Shown here: piece by piece, positions 60,585-64,000 of the stretch | Layout: every line of letters starts with the position of its first letter | How positions within the stretch are numbered: position 1 is the first letter of the stretch | Origin: Camelus dromedarius | Taxonomy: Eukaryota | Assembly (NCBI RefSeq): GCF_036321535.1 | Contig: NC_087467.1 | Location: 14,074,001-14,138,000, forward strand | Direction of reading: 5' to 3' | DNA: 64,000 nt | The notes under the pieces: model-generated | Databases searched by the model: none | Told to the model about the DNA's origin: nothing | Seen by the model: only the letters and a program-made list of their open reading frames with translations | Position numbers and translations under genes: made by a program

Positions 60585-61715
60585 AAGATAAAATGGAGCA
60601 AAAATAAACAAGTGAGACTACATCAAACAATAAAGGAGCACACACAATAAAGGAAACCATCAACAAAATGAAAAAGGCTACCTACAGACAGTGTGGTATT
60701 GGCGAAAGGACAGACACATACATCAGTGGGACAGAGAAGAGAGTCCCAACACCTACCCACAGAAATGTGGTCAATTGATTTTTGACAAAGGCACAGACAC
60801 AATTTCAGTGAAGAATGATACAGTCCTTTCCACAGATGGTGTGGGGGCAGTTGGACATGCCCATGTTTAAAAAATGAACCTCAACTTACATCTCACACCT
60901 TAAATAAACATGAACTCAAAATAGATCATAAACTAAAATCTAATGTACTTTCTTTGGAAGAGAACATAGGAGATCTTTATGACCTTGGATAAGGCGATGA
61001 CATCTTACAGACAATACCAGAGCACAGTTTAGAAAAGACAAAATTGATAAATTAGATTATTTTATCAAAATGAAAAACTTTTGCTCTGTGGAAAACACTT
61101 CAGAGAATGAAGGGACAAGCTACAGATGGGTAGATATTATTTGCAAATCATATCAACAAAGTACTTGTATGCAGAATATTGAAAGAATTCTCTAAACTCA
61201 ACAATAAAAAAACAAACAACCCAGTAAGAAACTAGGCAAAAGATGTGAATAGATCCTTCACCAAAGAGATAGATGAATGGCAAATAAGCACAGAAAAACA
61301 TACTCAATGGTTTCAGTAAGTGATTAAACTGTGGTACATCCATACAGTGGAATACTACTCAGAAATAAAAAAGAACAAATTATTGATACATGGAATTGAA
61401 AATGCATTACAAATGAAGAAGCTAATCTCATAAAGTTCCATAGCATATTAGCCCATTTATATGACATTCTGGAAAATGCAAAACAATCGCAGTGGAGAAC
61501 AAATGAGTTGTTTAGGGGTTAATTTGGGGTGGGGAGGGATTGACTGCCGAGGGGCAGCATGAGGGAGTTTATGGGGAGGGTGATGGAATTGCTTTATAAT
61601 CTGATGGTGGTGGTGGTTATAAAGATCTGTGCTTGTGTTAAAACTCACAGAACTATATACACCAACAGAAGTGAATTTTACTGTCTGTAAATTAAAAATA
61701 AATTCAAACAAATAT
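60585..61715 (+). mobile_element. L1 composite: short younger ORF2 piece (~60585-60690) then L1MC/MB-like ORF2 end and 3'UTR
   Basis: aataaacaagtgagactacatcaaa...ggaaaccatcaacaaaatgaaaa; tgatttttgacaaaggcaca; aaactgtggtacatccatacagtggaatactactcag; ends gtgaattttactgtctgtaaattaaaaataaa. Confidence 0.9.
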
Positions 61716-62177
61716 ATAAAGGTGTACAGCATGTTTTCGAAGGCAAAGGATGTGTAGAATTGGAGCTTATTCACATACACAAGTTTTCCCTTTGGTGAGC
61801 TGGAAGGCACGCTCTCTCTCTGCAAAGTACTAAATAGACCTTCATTTTTTTTTTCTTCTACCTCTGATTTTATTTTTTACGTTCCCACCAAACTTTTGAA
61901 TGCTTAAGATGATTATATACATAGTTTATTTGGAGTTTGGTGGAACTACAGAATTTTTTCTTAAGCTTTTGCATCCTTTTAAGAAACAAGAGTCATCCAA
62001 TGACACCTACTGTACTGTGAGTGAACACCGATCGAGTTGTAAAGTCTTAGAACGCAGTCATCTCCTGCAGTCTGATTTGTTATGCTGAGTCATGGCGTTT
62101 GAGGCCAGTGCACTTTTTAAACCAAGTAACACTTCTCATTGATTTTCCTGGGCTTTGATTTTCTTTTTGTTTTTTAG

Positions 62178-62285
62178 ACACAATGAGGCATACACGTGGA
62201 CAAATCCCACCTGCTGTGTCCATAATATCATTGTGGGCAAACTCTGGATTGAGCAGTACGGCAACGTGGAGATCACAAATCACAA
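62178..62285 (+). CDS. OSBPL1A: OSBPL1A coding exon (~22), 108 nt: (E)HNEAYTWTNPTCCVHNIIVGKLWIEQYGNVEITNH(K)
   Basis: Acceptor ttctttttgttttttag|A, donor AA|gtaaga; VHNIIVGKLWIEQYG motif. Confidence 0.97.
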
Positions 62286-62584
62286 GTAAGACTCTTCAGG
62301 GTCCTCACCTGTCCCCTCAGTTGTCATCAGAGGGTCCCAGTGGTCTTTTTTCAAACACTCTAGTAGACACTGATGACAGTTTAAGAACCAGGCAGTGTAA
62401 CTCCAGAGTAAATAGAAGCCTGTCCGTTTAATGGACAGAGTTGGTATTATAGTGTCTGGCTGGGGAGACAGGCGAGCTCCATGCTTCTGCAGCCTCGTGA
62501 GGCTTCATTCCCACCTCCCTCCGCTCATTTTGCTGACATTGCTTAGTTTGTAGTGTTCGCACGTGGGCAGACGGTAGGAGGAAC

Positions 62585-62652
62585 ATTAAAGTTAGGGAGA
62601 GTTGGGGTCAGATCCTACTTTGTGACCTTAGGCAAGTGTCTCAGCCTCTTGG
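62585..62652 (+). mobile_element. MIR fragment
   Basis: ggggtcagatcctactttgtgaccttaggcaagtgtctcagcctct. Confidence 0.6.
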
Positions 62653-62654
62653 TC

Positions 62655-62962
62655 GGCTCGGCTGCTGGAACAAGTCACTGCAGATGGGCAGCTCACGGCG
62701 GAAGCTGATTACTCAGGGTTCTGGAGGCTGGGCATCCAGGGCAGGGTGCTGGCAGATTTGTTCGGTGAAGGCCCTCTTCCTGGTCTGACCATCTTCTCGG
62801 ATGGTCACATGGCAGAGAGAGATCATCTCCCCGGCTCTTCTTGTAAGAGCGCTGATGCCGTTCATGTGGATTCCACCCTTCTGACCCAGTCACCCCCAGG
62901 TGCCCTCACACGGGAGCTTAGGGCTTCACTGTGTGCATTCAGGGGACATTCATTCCATAGCA
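62655..62962. mobile_element. MaLR LTR (MLT1A/B/C-like)
   Basis: gggttctggaggctgggcatccagggcagggtgctggcagatttg...ggccctcttcctgg...cacatggcagagaga...cttagggcttcac...cattcattccatagca. Confidence 0.85.
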
Positions 62963-63171
62963 GCAAGTCGCTTATTCCTTACGAGCCTTGGTTACCTTTT
63001 CTTCACGGTGGGGCCAGTACTGATTATGGATTAATCATGGTAACCCTGGAGCCTGGCATGGCTTGGAAAATCAGTAAACAGCAGCTGCTGCCAGAAAGGT
63101 GATCGTGGTCACTGTCCCCTACCGCTGCTCACGTGCTGAATGGTAACCTGAGCTTACTGTCTCCTTTGTAG

Positions 63172-63261
63172 GACTGGGGACAAGTGTGTGTTGAATTTTA
63201 AGCCGTGCGGCCTTTTTGGTAAGGAATTACATAAAGTTGAAGGCTTCATTCAAGATAAAAG
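63172..63261 (+). CDS. OSBPL1A: OSBPL1A coding exon (~23), 90 nt: (K)TGDKCVLNFKPCGLFGKELHKVEGFIQDK(S)
   Basis: Acceptor gtctcctttgtag|G, donor AG|gtaaag; in phase with both neighbours. Confidence 0.96.
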
Positions 63262-63499
63262 GTAAAGTTTCCCTTTTAAATGTTGAGTAGTATATAGTTC
63301 ACTAAATTACTTCACTAAATAAAACGTCATTACTAAAATCTCCCATTACCTGCCACTTTCAGTAAATAGAAAAAAACTTTCTTCTGCAGGGAAGAAAGAT
63401 TTCTTTAAAGAATCTGATTCATAAGCATCTTTGTAACAATACTCAGTTACAGCAAAACACCGGTTTAATTTTTGGCTAAACATCAGTTTCTCTTGACAG

Positions 63500-63626
63500 C
63501 AAAAAGAAGCTCTGTGCCCTCTATGGGAAGTGGACAGAATGTCTGTACAGTGTTGACCCCGCCACATTTGACGCTTACAAAAAAAATGACAAGAAAAATA
63601 CCGAAGAGAAGAAGAACAGCAAACAG
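63500..63626 (+). CDS. OSBPL1A: OSBPL1A coding exon (~24), 127 nt: (S)KKKLCALYGKWTECLYSVDPATFDAYKKNDKKNTEEKKNSKQ
   Basis: Acceptor tttctcttgacag|C, donor CAG|gtgaac; LYGKW motif of ORDs. Confidence 0.96.
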
Positions 63627-64000
63627 GTGAACATCCCATAAGGTGGTATCGAAGGAGTCACTGGCCTCTTTAAATTTGTGCTGATCCTTGTGGAGGTGGC
63701 CTGTGAGTGGGTCCCCGTGTGACCTTTTTATACTTGTTGCTGATGCAGTAGTGTTTCCCCTAGACCCTTCTCAGTGCACAGATCATCTGCTCTGGTCGTG
63801 ATGTTTGATGTAGTCTCACACAGAGTGTGGGTGTGCGCCGTGCGGTTGCACGTGCAGCGTTGAATTCACGTCGCCCTGGAAGGCTGGAGTTCGCCTTAGT
63901 GAGACAAGTGTTCTTTTCCTCCGCTTTGTTTCTGTGCATTGGAAGTTGAGATCGTTTGACAATTTGACATTCACCCAGAGTGACCGCCTTCCGTTTTCAT

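Larger units (their letters stand above)
1..64000 (+). other. OSBPL1A: Internal portion of the OSBPL1A gene (introns and exons ~16-24 in human numbering); gene extends beyond both window ends
   Basis: Nine GT-AG exons splice in phase (0/1/2/0/0/2/2/2/2/0) into 1137 nt of open frame matching recalled ORP1L sequence, including the FFAT motif and EQVSHHPP. Confidence 0.97.

Noticed and set aside
62183-62431. Plus-strand 82-aa ORF over exon 22
   Set aside because: Out of frame with the OSBPL1A exon and runs into the intron; no support
63346-63639. Minus-strand 97-aa ORF over exon 24
   Set aside because: Antisense shadow of a purine-rich coding exon
1-64000. tRNA, rRNA, snoRNA or miRNA genes, CRISPR arrays, processed pseudogenes, prokaryotic systems
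   Set aside because: No such pattern recognised by eye; an Infernal/Rfam, tRNAscan and BLAST search would be needed to exclude small RNAs or decayed retrocopies

Overview
Mammalian genomic DNA, most likely an artiodactyl and probably a camelid. The taxon call rests on the recalled style of the short young L1 3' ends and on not recognising any ruminant Bov-tA/BovB, pig PRE-1 or primate Alu SINEs. The window lies entirely inside one gene on the + strand, OSBPL1A (oxysterol-binding protein-related protein 1, ORP1L/ORP1S). Nine coding exons were read by hand; they correspond to human exons ~16-24 (numbering from memory). All have GT-AG boundaries, splice in consistent phase and give 1137 nt = 379 codons with no stop. 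They encode the coiled-coil/FFAT linker (EEEFYDALS), the Met that starts the short isoform ORP1S, and the N-terminal part of the OSBP-related domain with the EQVSHHPP signature. The remaining ~98% is intron filled with L1, L2, MIR, MaLR/ERV LTR and hAT relics, microsatellites and one 140-N assembly gap. Almost all ORFs in the supplied track are spurious. I found no prokaryotic-type system, CRISPR array, RNA gene or novel protein-coding gene. The most interesting observations are RNA-processing hypotheses, all unverified: exon 16 has recursive-splice-site architecture and carries out-of-frame ATGs upstream of the ORP1S start; two candidate alternative first exons (a G4/CTCF-like patch and a sense solo LTR) lie just upstream of the ORP1S start exon; and there are candidate poison, terminal and recursive splice elements in the long introns. 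Repeat family names are from recalled consensus features and repeat boundaries are approximate.
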